Shown here: piece by piece, positions 1 to 10,419 of the stretch
Layout: every line of letters starts with the position of its first letter
Numbering within the stretch: the stretch's first letter is position 1
The notes under the pieces: generated by a model
Seen by the model: the letters and a program-made list of their open reading frames with translations, nothing else
Database searches by the model: none
What the model was told of the DNA's origin: nothing
Translations under genes and position numbers: made by a program
IMG/VR virus record: IMGVR_UViG_3300032226_000551
Span: 50,348 to 114,347 of that record
Origin: a virus
Lineage: Duplodnaviria > Caudoviricetes
Reading direction: 5' to 3' (one strand)
DNA length: 64,000 nt

Positions 1-2
1 TT

Positions 3-617
3 TCATATTTTTTATTGAAATATGAAAATAAAAATAGTGTAATTTATATAGATAGTGATATATGTTTTTATAAAGACATTAAAATTTTATATGAAAAAAT
101 AAAAAATAAAGATTGTGCTATATTTAGACATAGACAATTTTCTTTAAATGAAAATAGAATGGATGGATTGTTTAATGTTGGTGTTGTTTATTTCAACAAC
201 ACACCAAACGGCGTTAATGTACTCGGTTGGTGGGCAGATGCTGTTTTAAATAAAAAATACCCGCATTTAGCTACATGCGGGGATCAGAAATATCTGGAAG
301 CATTTCCTCAAATAGTAGGAGAAGATAATATTTTTATTGATGGTGATATAGGTCACGGAGCACCGTGGATGTGGCAATTATATGATTTATCAAAAATTAA
401 TGATGGTTACATAACTTGGAATGGCGAAAAACAAGAATATTATTTTAGTCATTTTTCTCAATTTAGTTATGATATAGAAAATAATAAATTTAAACATAGT
501 ACATTACACGAACCATATACTAATAATAATCAAATTTTTACTAATCCAGTTTTAGATCAGCATTATAAAGAATATTTTAACATCATTAAACAAACTAAAA
601 ATAAATACAATTTATGA
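3..617 (+). CDS. Glycosyltransferase-like protein (GT-A fold), 5'-truncated by the window edge
   Basis: DxD motif YIDSDICF, FNVGVVYF and GDQKYLE, typical of nucleotide-diphospho-sugar transferases; the frame is open from position 3. Confidence 0.7.
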   Translation, partial: SYFLLKYENKNSVIYIDSDICFYKDIKILYEKIKNKDCAIFRHRQFSLNENRMDGLFNVGVVYFNNTPNGVNVLGWWADAVLNKKYPHLATCGDQKYLEAFPQIVGEDNIFIDGDIGHGAPWMWQLYDLSKINDGYITWNGEKQEYYFSHFSQFSYDIENNKFKHSTLHEPYTNNNQIFTNPVLDQHYKEYFNIIKQTKNKYNL

Positions 618-694
618 ACACATTTAATAATGAAATTATTGATAATTCAAGCCCTCGACTATATCAATGCTTTTGTACAAAATAACAAAAAAAT

Positions 695-1417
695 ATGAAA
701 TTATCATTCAATCAAACTTATAGCAATGATCGCAAGATATTATTAGAAGCAAGACTTAGGGATAAAAAGTTTATAGAGTTTCTTTCTTTTTTTGATATTA
801 ATATTTTCTCATTCCATAACTGTAATGATAATATTCTTGATTTTTTTAAGAATATTAAAAATAAAATACCTAATGTTAAAATACATATTAATAATAATAT
901 TAGTTATACACAATGTATAAGAAGATTGCTACGGATAGTAGAAACTCTTAATGTAAAACATTTTTTCTTTTATCAGGATGATACATTTAGTTGCGATAAT
1001 AATATATCATTCGATGGTTTGTTAAATTATGTTTTTAAACAAAATGATATAATGTTGACATTATATGAAAGAAAAGAATTTTTTGAAGATGGAACTGTAC
1101 TACTGGAATCGTTTGATGATTTAGATTTATATTCAAATAATACAGAAAATTTTGTAAAACATAACAGATGGTCTTTTGATGATTCACCATATATATGTAC
1201 TACTAACTATTTATCGCAAATATATGATGAGAATTATTTGAATCATTCCGATGTATGGTCAGCCGAATGTTATAATAATTTTAAATTTAAAACTTCACCT
1301 ATTAATCGTTATATAACTAATAAATCTTTATTTAAAAATTATAATTTTATAGGTCGTAATAATTGGAATAAAGATGAAGAAATTAAAACACTTAAAGAAA
1401 AAAATATACTACCTTAA
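695..1417 (+). CDS. Putative glycosyltransferase-like protein
   Basis: FFFYQDDTF resembles a GT-A DxD region; lies in the glycan gene cluster. Confidence 0.45.
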   Translation: MKLSFNQTYSNDRKILLEARLRDKKFIEFLSFFDINIFSFHNCNDNILDFFKNIKNKIPNVKIHINNNISYTQCIRRLLRIVETLNVKHFFFYQDDTFSCDNNISFDGLLNYVFKQNDIMLTLYERKEFFEDGTVLLESFDDLDLYSNNTENFVKHNRWSFDDSPYICTTNYLSQIYDENYLNHSDVWSAECYNNFKFKTSPINRYITNKSLFKNYNFIGRNNWNKDEEIKTLKEKNILP

Positions 1418-1451
1418 TTTTTTTTTAAAAAAATAGTTGCAAATTAAAAAT

Positions 1452-2336
1452 ATGAAAATAGCATTCGGAATGATTGTTTTTGAAGGTGATTATGTTCTAA
1501 AAGAATGTTTAGAACAAGTATATCCTTTTGCTTCACAAATTTTAATAGCAGAAGGTCCGGTAAATTATTGGCAGAGGCAAGGCAGAACTACTTCTTTAGA
1601 TCAAACTAATGAAATCTTAGATAATTTCCCAGATCCAGAAAATAAAATTAGAATAGTGCATGGTCAATTCAATGAAAAAGATGATCAATGCAAAGCTTAC
1701 ATGCAATATATCAATGATGATATAGATTATATTTGGAATTTAGATTCTGATGAAATATATAAATCAGAGGATATACAAAAAATTATTAATATATTAAACG
1801 AACATCAACCCACTAGTATAGGTGTAAGAAGCTGTTCTTTTTATGGAAGTTTTGATCATTATTTGACTGGATTTGAACTTAATACAGATAATTTTTTAAG
1901 AATTTTTAAATATATCAAAGGTTCTACTTGGCAAACCCACAGACCTCCTACCGTTCAATACCCTACAGGATCTAATATAGAGAGAAAACATATCAATAGT
2001 GATACATTATATAACACATTTGGAATTCAAATGTATCACTATTCTTATGTTTTTCCTGATCAGGTATACAAAAAAGTTAATTATTATAAAGATAGTGTGA
2101 GCAGGGATAATTGCATAGACAATTATTTTAATGAAATTTATTTGCCTTGGGTCAAAGGTTCTGAACAAGATAAACAAAATATAGAGTCGAAGTTCATTGG
2201 TGTACACGAATTTAAACCTCATGTTAGGGGAGAATGTTACACCGCTAAATTTGAAAATGTTCATCCAGAAGCAATAGAAAAGAATATTTTAAATTTAAAA
2301 GAAAAATTTAATTCTCAGCTTAAAAAATATGAATGA
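1452..2336 (+). CDS. Glycosyltransferase family 2-like protein
   Basis: N-terminal IAFGMIVFEG, WNLDSDEIY (DxD), MYHYSYV; ATG 1452 preferred over TTG 1437. Confidence 0.7.
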   Translation: MKIAFGMIVFEGDYVLKECLEQVYPFASQILIAEGPVNYWQRQGRTTSLDQTNEILDNFPDPENKIRIVHGQFNEKDDQCKAYMQYINDDIDYIWNLDSDEIYKSEDIQKIINILNEHQPTSIGVRSCSFYGSFDHYLTGFELNTDNFLRIFKYIKGSTWQTHRPPTVQYPTGSNIERKHINSDTLYNTFGIQMYHYSYVFPDQVYKKVNYYKDSVSRDNCIDNYFNEIYLPWVKGSEQDKQNIESKFIGVHEFKPHVRGECYTAKFENVHPEAIEKNILNLKEKFNSQLKKYE

Positions 2337-3255
2337 TAAACCTTTAGATTTTTTTGTTGTGGATTTTGAGTCTATATTAAAAGACGTAAAAATAGAATGT
2401 GTTGATAGTCATATCAAAGAATATCTAGAAGGTGGTAGACAAGATATTTTAGAAAATATTGATTTGTTTTGTGAGAATGTAAGATCTGTAGACAAACCCT
2501 TTAAACAATTTGAATTATTTAACAAAATTGATTCAATCAATTCGGATACTATTATTGTAATAAGTTTATATTTAGAATTACTACAATACTGGGGTAGACA
2601 TAATAAAATAAAAGAATTATGTGGATATTATTGCAACAAATATCCAAACAATAAAATAGTAGTCCATTGGAATCATGATACAGATGCAAAACAAATTTTT
2701 AATTTTATAGATGATTATAAAAATTTATATGTATTAAATTTTAATACTAGTTTGAACCACGAAAGATTTATTATTTTACCTTTTTGGTGTATAAATGATT
2801 CTTTTGTAGAAGCTTCTAAAACAAAATTTGCTAACTTGATTTGTTCTCTAAATAACGAGTTAAGGTATGAATTATATAATACATTAAATGGTGATCCAAA
2901 TTTTTATGTTTCACAAAGAGTAGAATATTCAGAATACGAGAATGTATTAAGTTCTTCTGTTTTTACATTTTGTCCAAAAGGAGTTGGATTATCATCTTAT
3001 AGATTTTTTGAATGTTTTCATTTGAATACAATACCGATTCTAATTGCAGACGATGTTATATTACCTTTTGAAAAGGATTTAGATTATAAAAATTTTATTG
3101 TTAAGATACCAGAAAACAAAATTTTAGATTTAAATTATATAAAAAATATATTATCTCAAATAAATCAAAATGAATTTTTAGATAAAATAAAAGAAGTAAA
3201 AGAATTTTTTACTTTAAAAGGAGCACAAAAAGAAATTTATAAAAAATTAAAATGA
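2329..3255 (+). CDS. Exostosin-like (GT47) glycosyltransferase
   Basis: SSVFTFCPKGVGLSSYRFFECFHLNTIPILIADDVILPF matches the exostosin C-terminal signature. Confidence 0.8.
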   Translation: MNDKPLDFFVVDFESILKDVKIECVDSHIKEYLEGGRQDILENIDLFCENVRSVDKPFKQFELFNKIDSINSDTIIVISLYLELLQYWGRHNKIKELCGYYCNKYPNNKIVVHWNHDTDAKQIFNFIDDYKNLYVLNFNTSLNHERFIILPFWCINDSFVEASKTKFANLICSLNNELRYELYNTLNGDPNFYVSQRVEYSEYENVLSSSVFTFCPKGVGLSSYRFFECFHLNTIPILIADDVILPFEKDLDYKNFIVKIPENKILDLNYIKNILSQINQNEFLDKIKEVKEFFTLKGAQKEIYKKLK

Positions 3256-4064
3256 TACCTGTAATTTTTATTCACACTGGTTTGCAAGAGTATTTGTTTT
3301 ATACGTTAAAACAAGCAACTAAATTTAATGACAATGTATATTTAATTGGTGATATTAATCCTAATTTAAATGCAATTAATTTTTTTAATATGCAAGAATA
3401 TAATCAAGAATTTGATTTTTTTGAAAAGAATTACATTCATTTAACAACTACTCCATTTAATTATGAATTATTTTGTTATAAAAGATGGTTTGTTTTAAAG
3501 AATTTTATGGAGTCTAAAAAAATAGATGTAGTTTTTTATTGTGATTCTGATGTATTGTTATTTTCTAACATAGAAAAAGAATGGATCAATTTTAATCAAT
3601 ATGATTTGACTTTATTACACCGGACAGCACCAGTTTCTTCTTTTATAACTTATAGAGGGATTACAAATTTTTGTAATATGTTACAAGAAATATATAATAA
3701 TAAAAATTCTTATCATTACAAAAAGATAGCTTCTCATTATGATGTAAGAAAAGAATTTAATCTACCAGGTGGAGTTTGTGATATGACCTTATTTGAATAC
3801 TTTCATTACAATCATGACTTGGGAGGTGGTCCCGGAAGAGTGGGTGAAATGATGGGTATTATCAATGACTCTACCTATGATCATAATATAAACACTTCAG
3901 ATCAAGATTTTTCAATGAAAAATGGATTAAAAAATGTAAAAATAAAAGATGGCATTCCTTACGTATATAATGAAAAATTAAAAAAAGACATAAAATTTAA
4001 TTCTTTACATTTTCAAGGTGGTTCTAAATATTTTATAAAAATGGCTTATGAAAAATGTAATTGA
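3252..4064 (+). CDS. Putative glycosyltransferase (GT-A)
   Basis: CYKRWFVL...FYCDSDVLL (DxD), GVCDMT, LHFQG. Confidence 0.65.
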   Translation: MIPVIFIHTGLQEYLFYTLKQATKFNDNVYLIGDINPNLNAINFFNMQEYNQEFDFFEKNYIHLTTTPFNYELFCYKRWFVLKNFMESKKIDVVFYCDSDVLLFSNIEKEWINFNQYDLTLLHRTAPVSSFITYRGITNFCNMLQEIYNNKNSYHYKKIASHYDVRKEFNLPGGVCDMTLFEYFHYNHDLGGGPGRVGEMMGIINDSTYDHNINTSDQDFSMKNGLKNVKIKDGIPYVYNEKLKKDIKFNSLHFQGGSKYFIKMAYEKCN

Positions 4065-4650
4065 CTCTTGGAAAAATAAAGAGGTTTTTTTAAAACAGCT
4101 AAATTTCAATTTAAATGAAATATTATGCACAGACAATTATCCTGAGCATTGGAAATCATTTATAGTCTTATTAGATAATTTTAAAAATAAAAAAATATTA
4201 GATATTGGATGTGGTTGTGGAACATATTATCAAATATGCAAGAAGCACTTTCCTCATATAGAATATACCGGAATAGATTATGCCGAAGAAGCAATTTCCT
4301 TAGCAAAATCTGTATGGAATTATGACAATTTTTATGTTAAGAATTATACAGACTTAACTCCAGATTATGTTAGATCTTTCGATTTAATACATTTAGGAGC
4401 AGTATTAGACGTATTACCCAACGGTGATGAAGCTCTTGAATTTATACTAAACCTTTCAGCTAATAACATTCTCATAGGAAGAATGAAATTAACTGATAAA
4501 GAAAGTTATTATGAAATATATCAAGCATATGGTGAAATAGAAACATGCGCTTATTACCACAATAAACAAAAATTTATTGATATAGCAAAACAATATAACT
4601 ATTGTATATATAATATAGAAGATAATTTTTACTTAAAAAAACATGAATGA
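4048..4650 (+). CDS. Class I SAM-dependent methyltransferase
   Basis: ILDIGCGCG motif I and YTGIDY motif II. Confidence 0.85.
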   Translation: MKNVIDSWKNKEVFLKQLNFNLNEILCTDNYPEHWKSFIVLLDNFKNKKILDIGCGCGTYYQICKKHFPHIEYTGIDYAEEAISLAKSVWNYDNFYVKNYTDLTPDYVRSFDLIHLGAVLDVLPNGDEALEFILNLSANNILIGRMKLTDKESYYEIYQAYGEIETCAYYHNKQKFIDIAKQYNYCIYNIEDNFYLKKHE

Positions 4651-5410
4651 TAACATAAGCAATATATTTCCTCAGAAATGGGAAAGGGATGATTTAATTT
4701 CTTATTTGGATGAATTTTATGAGTTATATAATTCAAGACCTATAAAAGATAATAATGGAGGAATGAAGTCGCCTCATATGTTTTCTGCTTGGTATATAAT
4801 TAAGAAGCTAAAACCAAAATATTTAATAGAAAGTGGAGTTTGGAAAGGCTTAGGAACTTGGTTTTTTGAAAAGGCTAGTCCAGAAACTAAAATAATATCG
4901 ATAGACCCATATCCTCATTATAGAGAATATACCAGTCCTAATGTAATTTATCGTACAGAAGATTTTTTGATAACTAATTGGAGTAAATTTCCTAAAGAAG
5001 ACACTTTAATATTTTTTGATGATCATCAAAATTTTTTAGAAAGATTAAAAAAAGCTCAAGAATGGGGATTTAAAAAGATAATGACAGAAGACAATTATCC
5101 ATATCAACAAGGTGATTGTTACACTCCAAAAAAAATATTATCTAAAAAGGATTATGTGATAGATAATGCTGGTCAAAAACAATGGTTTAATCATAACTTA
5201 GAGGATTATAATTATTTTATTAATAATATTAGTATATACCAAGAAATGTATCCTATATTCAAATCAAATATCACAAGATGGGGAGATTCATGGAATGATG
5301 AATATCCTACGCCAAAAGCTTTGTTGGATGAATCTTTTAAAGAAAAATATCCAGTATATTATAAAGAAAAATTAGATTATACATGGATTTGTTATTTAGA
5401 ATTGAAATAA
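4643..5410 (+). CDS. Methyltransferase-like protein
   Basis: LIESGVWKGLGTW, IISIDP, IFFDDH resemble Rossmann-type methyltransferase motifs. Confidence 0.55.
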   Translation: MNDNISNIFPQKWERDDLISYLDEFYELYNSRPIKDNNGGMKSPHMFSAWYIIKKLKPKYLIESGVWKGLGTWFFEKASPETKIISIDPYPHYREYTSPNVIYRTEDFLITNWSKFPKEDTLIFFDDHQNFLERLKKAQEWGFKKIMTEDNYPYQQGDCYTPKKILSKKDYVIDNAGQKQWFNHNLEDYNYFINNISIYQEMYPIFKSNITRWGDSWNDEYPTPKALLDESFKEKYPVYYKEKLDYTWICYLELK

Positions 5411-5443
5411 TTAAAAAAGGATAATTTAAACATATTATTATAG

Positions 5444-5471
5444 TTGAAATTCCATAAGTTTCGACTATAAT
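5444..5471 (+). promoter_or_regulatory. sigma70-type promoter
   Basis: TTGAAA-16 nt-TATAAT, 8 nt before ATG 5480. Confidence 0.55.
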
Positions 5472-5479
5472 ATATCTAT

Positions 5480-5959
5480 ATGTTTGTAAGCAATGATGAA
5501 GAAACTTTCTTTTTCTCTTTTTTAAAAGATGATCTAACAGTTTTAGAATATGGTTCTGGAAAGTCAACCACTCAAATAAGCCAAAAAGTTAAACACTTGG
5601 TTTCTGTTGAACATCAGAAACAGTGGTTTGAAGAAGTTATTAAAGCAATACCTAAAAATTGTTCTTTAATGTTAAAAGAACCTTCAGAATTGTATATAGA
5701 AGGAGGTCAGGATGGATCTTATTCTCAGTTTAAAGATTACATAGAAGCACCCATAGAACAAGGCCCTTATGATATTATCTTTATAGATGGAAGAGCGCGA
5801 GTAGGTTGCGCCTCTGTCTGCCATCTAATGTCTCATGAAAATACACACATTTTTATTCACGATTTTCATAGGCCAGAATATCAAGAAGCTTTAAAATATC
5901 TTGAATTAAAACAAAGAGTAGGTGAAATGGCTCTTTTTAAAATTAAAAAAAATGATTAA
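5480..5959 (+). CDS. SAM-dependent methyltransferase (polysaccharide O-methyltransferase-like)
   Basis: VLEYGSGKST, VSVEH, YDIIFIDGRAR, IFIHDF. Confidence 0.75.
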   Translation: MFVSNDEETFFFSFLKDDLTVLEYGSGKSTTQISQKVKHLVSVEHQKQWFEEVIKAIPKNCSLMLKEPSELYIEGGQDGSYSQFKDYIEAPIEQGPYDIIFIDGRARVGCASVCHLMSHENTHIFIHDFHRPEYQEALKYLELKQRVGEMALFKIKKND

Positions 5960-6878
5960 TTTATTTAATTTAAATAAACATATTTTAGATACCTCAAATT
6001 ATCAAAATCTTTTACATGATAAGATTGTTACTGATTTTGAAAATGTTATTAAAAAATACGTAGGAGCTAAACATGCAGTATCTTTTAATAGTGCCACTAA
6101 TGCTATATTTTTAGCACTTTTAAATAAAAACGTAACAGTCGAAGTACCTAGTATGATACCATCCGTGGTACTAAATGCTATTATTACTTCTAATAATCAA
6201 TATAAATTTACAGATGACACAGAATGGATAGGTAATTCTTATATACTACATAAATTTAAAAATTATAAGATAGTAGATTCCGCTCAAAAATTAGAAAAAG
6301 ATCAATTTAAAAAAGAATGTGATCCTAATGATTTATTAATTTTTAGTTTTTATCCTACAAAACCAGTAGGAGGTTGTGATGGAGGAATGATAGTTTCCGA
6401 TGATGAAGAGAAAATCAATTATTTAAGAGAGATGGCATTCAATGGAATGTCTTATGCTAATAATAACTGGGAAAGAGTAGTAAAATATACGGGATATAAA
6501 ATGTATATGAATAGTATACAAGCAGACATAGCTCTAAGAAATTTTAAATTGTATAATAATAAACTTAAAAAATTAAAAAAAATAAGAAATTTATACAACA
6601 AAAAATTGGGATATACTAATTCCAGTAATCATTTATATAGAATAGATGTAGATGATAGAAATGGATTTATTAAATATATGAAAGATAATGGTGTATTATG
6701 TGGTATTCATTACGAAGCAGCACATTTGAATCCGGTTTATGCTCTTTCTGAATCAAAATGTCCAATTTCAGAAATTAAATCCACAAAAACCGTATCAATA
6801 CCTTTCCATGAAAATTTGACAGAACAAGATATATATTGTATATTAGAACTAATATGTCAATGGAACCATATAAATTAA
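5952..6878 (+). CDS. DegT/DnrJ/EryC1/StrS PLP-dependent sugar aminotransferase
   Basis: NSATNA, IVDSAQ, FSFYPTKPVGGCDGGMI (PLP lysine), GIHY, SIPFH. Confidence 0.9.
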   Translation: MINLFNLNKHILDTSNYQNLLHDKIVTDFENVIKKYVGAKHAVSFNSATNAIFLALLNKNVTVEVPSMIPSVVLNAIITSNNQYKFTDDTEWIGNSYILHKFKNYKIVDSAQKLEKDQFKKECDPNDLLIFSFYPTKPVGGCDGGMIVSDDEEKINYLREMAFNGMSYANNNWERVVKYTGYKMYMNSIQADIALRNFKLYNNKLKKLKKIRNLYNKKLGYTNSSNHLYRIDVDDRNGFIKYMKDNGVLCGIHYEAAHLNPVYALSESKCPISEIKSTKTVSIPFHENLTEQDIYCILELICQWNHIN

Positions 6879-7255
6879 AATCTTTCGATGATGAAAGAGG
6901 TTCTTTATTGCCTCTAGAATTTAGCTCTATTCCTTTTGAAGTTAAAAGGATATTTGTAGTTAATAACGTACCTATTAATGTTTTAAGAGGTAATCATTCA
7001 CATTATAAAACCAAACAATTAATTGTTTGTACTAAGGGTAAGGTTAATGTTATACTTCATGATGGAAAAAAAGAAAAAATATACAATCTTAATAAATTTC
7101 AAAATATATTAGTACCTGAACTGATTTGGGATTCTCAAATCTTCTTAACCGAAGATACAGAACTTTTAGTTTTATGCTCTACCCCATATGATAAAAACGA
7201 TTATATATTCGATTTTGACTTTTTTTTAAAAATTAAAAACAATGAAAAAAATTAA
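6860..7255 (+). CDS. FdtA/QdtA (WxcM-like) cupin, sugar 3,4-ketoisomerase
   Basis: DERGSL, PFEVKRIF, RGNHSH, LLVLCSTPYDKNDY. Confidence 0.85.
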   Translation: MEPYKLKSFDDERGSLLPLEFSSIPFEVKRIFVVNNVPINVLRGNHSHYKTKQLIVCTKGKVNVILHDGKKEKIYNLNKFQNILVPELIWDSQIFLTEDTELLVLCSTPYDKNDYIFDFDFFLKIKNNEKN

Positions 7256-9041
7256 TTTTAAAAATATTTGTATTAAAAACTTTTTATCAGTAGGTGATAA
7301 AAAAATAGATATAGATTTTCAAACTGGCATAAATCTACTAACAGGTATTAATAAAGATAATAATACAAGAAATGGTGTTGGTAAATCATCCATAATAGAA
7401 TCTGTATATTGGTGTTTGTTTGGTAGTACTATAAGAGATATAAAAAACGATAAAATAATTCACAACCAACAAAAAAAAGGATGTGATGTAACATTAAGTT
7501 TTGATGTTATTGGTGTAGACTCTGATAAAAACTCATATCAGCTAATAAGAAGCTTGGGACCGAGTAAAATTCAGTTATTAAAGGATAATGTAGACATAAC
7601 CTTATCAACGATTCCAGCAAATGATGAATTCATACAAAATTTAATAGGTGCTACACCAGAAGTATTCAATAATGCTGTCATCATGACAGCTAACAATACA
7701 CTTCCCTTCATGGCACAGAAGAAGATAGAGAAAAGAAAATTCATAGAAGGCATCTTGAACTTAAATATCTTCACGGAAATGCTTTTAAAGGCAAGATCTG
7801 ATTTCAATGACACCAAAAAACAAAATGATATTCTTTCTAATAATTTTTTAAACCAACAAAAGAATCTAGACATTTTTGAAAGCCAAATTGTAAAAAATAA
7901 ACAAAAAAAGAAAGATAAGATTGATAGTATCAATGTTACAATTCAAAAAATTAAAGATGATATAGCATCAACCGAAAAAATAAATGTATCTTTGGATGAC
8001 ATATTAGTAAAAATTAAAGAAAATGATACAAAACTTATTAAATTAGAAACCGGATTGACTAAACTAGATGAAGACATCTTAGAATATTCCAAAAAACAAA
8101 TAGAATATAAAACATATATTCAAAATGAAAAAAATAAGTTAAAAGAATTTGATAAAAAGAAAGATTTCTGTCCAACCTGTAATAGAAAATTCGAAAATTT
8201 AATAGAAGATAATCACAAATGTTTAAAAGAAGATTGTTTATTGATTATAGAAAAAAATGAAATGCTTTTAACTGATATCAACGACAAAATTAATGTCAAA
8301 AACACAAAAAAACAAGAAATAAAACAATTTATTTTTGGCATAAAAGACAAAAATAAAAAATTACAAGAAGAAAAAAATTCCGTAGAGTTAAAAAACCAAA
8401 AGATAAACAATTTTAAGGATAAAATAAAAGAATACGAGAGTCAGATAGAAGAATTAATAAACGAAAAGGATGCAACTGACGAACAAATAGAAGTAATTAA
8501 AAAAGAAATTTGTAAGATAGAAAAAGATTTAGAAAATGTTAAAAAGGAACTGTCCATTTTAGAAGAAATAAAATTTGTTTTATCAGAAGAAGGCGTGAAA
8601 ACACATATTATTAAAAAGTTATTAACCTTATTCAATCAAAAAATCAATTTTTATTTAAAATCTATGGATGCACCATGCACATGTGAATTTGATGAGATGT
8701 TTGAAGAGAAAATTATTAATGTATATGGTAACGAATGCTCTTATTTCAATTTTAGTGGCGGGGAAAGAAAGAGAATAGACATTTCTGTACTATTTGCATT
8801 CCAAGATATTTTAAGATTGTATTCAGGTACATCTTTTTCATTGAGTATTTACGATGAATTGTTTGATTCGGCTATAGATGAATCCGGAATAGAGAAAATA
8901 ATGAATATTTTGAAAAAAAGAGTGGAAGATTATAATGAGTGTATATACATAGTTTCTCATAATAAGAGTTCTATTAAAAGTAATTTTGATAATATACTGG
9001 AAATAGAGAAATATAAGGGAGAAACAAGTTTAAAAACTTGA
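7242..9041 (+). CDS. SbcC/Rad50-like recombination ATPase (T4 gp46-like)
   Basis: Walker A NGVGKSS, coiled coil with CPTC zinc hook, signature FSGGE, Walker B IYDELFD, VSH. Confidence 0.93.
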   Translation: MKKINFKNICIKNFLSVGDKKIDIDFQTGINLLTGINKDNNTRNGVGKSSIIESVYWCLFGSTIRDIKNDKIIHNQQKKGCDVTLSFDVIGVDSDKNSYQLIRSLGPSKIQLLKDNVDITLSTIPANDEFIQNLIGATPEVFNNAVIMTANNTLPFMAQKKIEKRKFIEGILNLNIFTEMLLKARSDFNDTKKQNDILSNNFLNQQKNLDIFESQIVKNKQKKKDKIDSINVTIQKIKDDIASTEKINVSLDDILVKIKENDTKLIKLETGLTKLDEDILEYSKKQIEYKTYIQNEKNKLKEFDKKKDFCPTCNRKFENLIEDNHKCLKEDCLLIIEKNEMLLTDINDKINVKNTKKQEIKQFIFGIKDKNKKLQEEKNSVELKNQKINNFKDKIKEYESQIEELINEKDATDEQIEVIKKEICKIEKDLENVKKELSILEEIKFVLSEEGVKTHIIKKLLTLFNQKINFYLKSMDAPCTCEFDEMFEEKIINVYGNECSYFNFSGGERKRIDISVLFAFQDILRLYSGTSFSLSIYDELFDSAIDESGIEKIMNILKKRVEDYNECIYIVSHNKSSIKSNFDNILEIEKYKGETSLKT

Positions 9042-9072
9042 TATTTTACTAATTTATAATAAAATATAGTAT

Positions 9073-10380
9073 ATGGCTTTAAAAATAAAAAATTCTTCTG
9101 ACACTAATAATGGAAATAATGTAGTATATGAATATCAGCCAGTTAAAAGTGGAGTTCCCTCATTACCACTCGGATGTCCAGTTGGAATGCCAACATATTC
9201 GTATGTTGGTTATAAACCAGTCAGAATTCCCTCCGCGCCACCTGTTGAGATGCCAGAAAGCAATCTACCTAGAGCATTAAATTATTATGCAGACTATGGT
9301 GGATGTGGATTCTGGAGAATGATATGGCCTGAATACGTTTTAAATGGTTATCAGAAGGCATGTATTTCTGGAATGACACAGATGATATTAGATTTGCGTT
9401 TTTATGGTTCATTAAAATCCATAAGAATGCAAAGACAGGCAACTCCCGCACAAAACTCTTTTATAAAAGAACTGCATAAAGTTAAATCTCAAACCGGATA
9501 TAGATTAATATACGAAATTGATGATATAGTATTTAAAGACGATATCCCCGATTATAATAGATGCAAAGATGCATTTGTCGATGAAAACATAGTAAAGAGT
9601 ATTATGGAAATTATGGGAATGATGGATGAGATTACCGTTACCTGTAAATACATGAAGGAATACTATATTTCTAAAACTGGAAATAAAAATGTCACAGTCA
9701 TTCCCAACTATCCTCCAAAATTTTGGTTAGATAAATTCCATAATAGAGAAAGATTACAAAAAACATACGAACAAAATAAGAAAAGACCTAGAATTTTATA
9801 TTCTGGATCGGGAACACACATCGATGTATTGAATAAAACAGGACTCAATGACGATTTCAAGCATGTTACCGATGCTATCATTAAAGCCAGAAAGAAATTT
9901 AAATTTGTTTGGAAGGGTTGTTATCCATTAGTAATGAAACCATTTATTGATAATGGTGAAATGGAATATATTGATTGGTCGCCTCTATTGGAGTATCCAC
10001 AAGGATTATATGATGCTAATTGTAATGCGGTCTTTGCTTCGTTACAAGATAATGTGTTTAATAAATCCAAGAGTAATATTAAAATGATAGAATCGGGAGG
10101 ATTAGGACTACCCGGTGCGTTTCAAGACTTGTGTACATACGAAGAAGCAGACTTCAAATTTAAATCCGGTGATGATTTAATAAATCAGTTGGAACATTTA
10201 ACTTCCGACTTTGATCGTTACATGAAATATTCCGATAAATCTAGAAAATTCGTAGAAGGATTATGGTTGGAAGATCATATACAAGAATATGAGGCGATAT
10301 ACTTTACTGCATTTGGTAGTAAAGAAAGAAATGCAATGTCGCCAAGACTTATTGAGTTGAATCCCGATCAAAAGATATAA
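9073..10380 (+). CDS. Glycosyltransferase (GT-B/GT4-like)
   Basis: GGCGFWRMIWP, YEIDDIVF, VTVIPNY, FNKSKSNIKMIE, a pattern of phage GT-B enzymes. Confidence 0.7.
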   Translation: MALKIKNSSDTNNGNNVVYEYQPVKSGVPSLPLGCPVGMPTYSYVGYKPVRIPSAPPVEMPESNLPRALNYYADYGGCGFWRMIWPEYVLNGYQKACISGMTQMILDLRFYGSLKSIRMQRQATPAQNSFIKELHKVKSQTGYRLIYEIDDIVFKDDIPDYNRCKDAFVDENIVKSIMEIMGMMDEITVTCKYMKEYYISKTGNKNVTVIPNYPPKFWLDKFHNRERLQKTYEQNKKRPRILYSGSGTHIDVLNKTGLNDDFKHVTDAIIKARKKFKFVWKGCYPLVMKPFIDNGEMEYIDWSPLLEYPQGLYDANCNAVFASLQDNVFNKSKSNIKMIESGGLGLPGAFQDLCTYEEADFKFKSGDDLINQLEHLTSDFDRYMKYSDKSRKFVEGLWLEDHIQEYEAIYFTAFGSKERNAMSPRLIELNPDQKI

Positions 10381-10385
10381 ATTTC

Positions 10386-10416
10386 TTGATTTTTATTCCA
10401 AAAACATTATTATAAT
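10386..10416 (+). promoter_or_regulatory. sigma70-type promoter of the DNA polymerase gene
   Basis: TTGATT at 10386 followed by TATTAT/TATAAT (10408-10416) immediately before ATG 10420. Confidence 0.5.
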
Positions 10417-10419
10417 CTC

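Noticed and set aside
614-685. 23-codon ORF MNTFNNEIIDNSSPRLYQCFCTK between two GT genes
   Set aside because: Too short to support; it may be a gene remnant.
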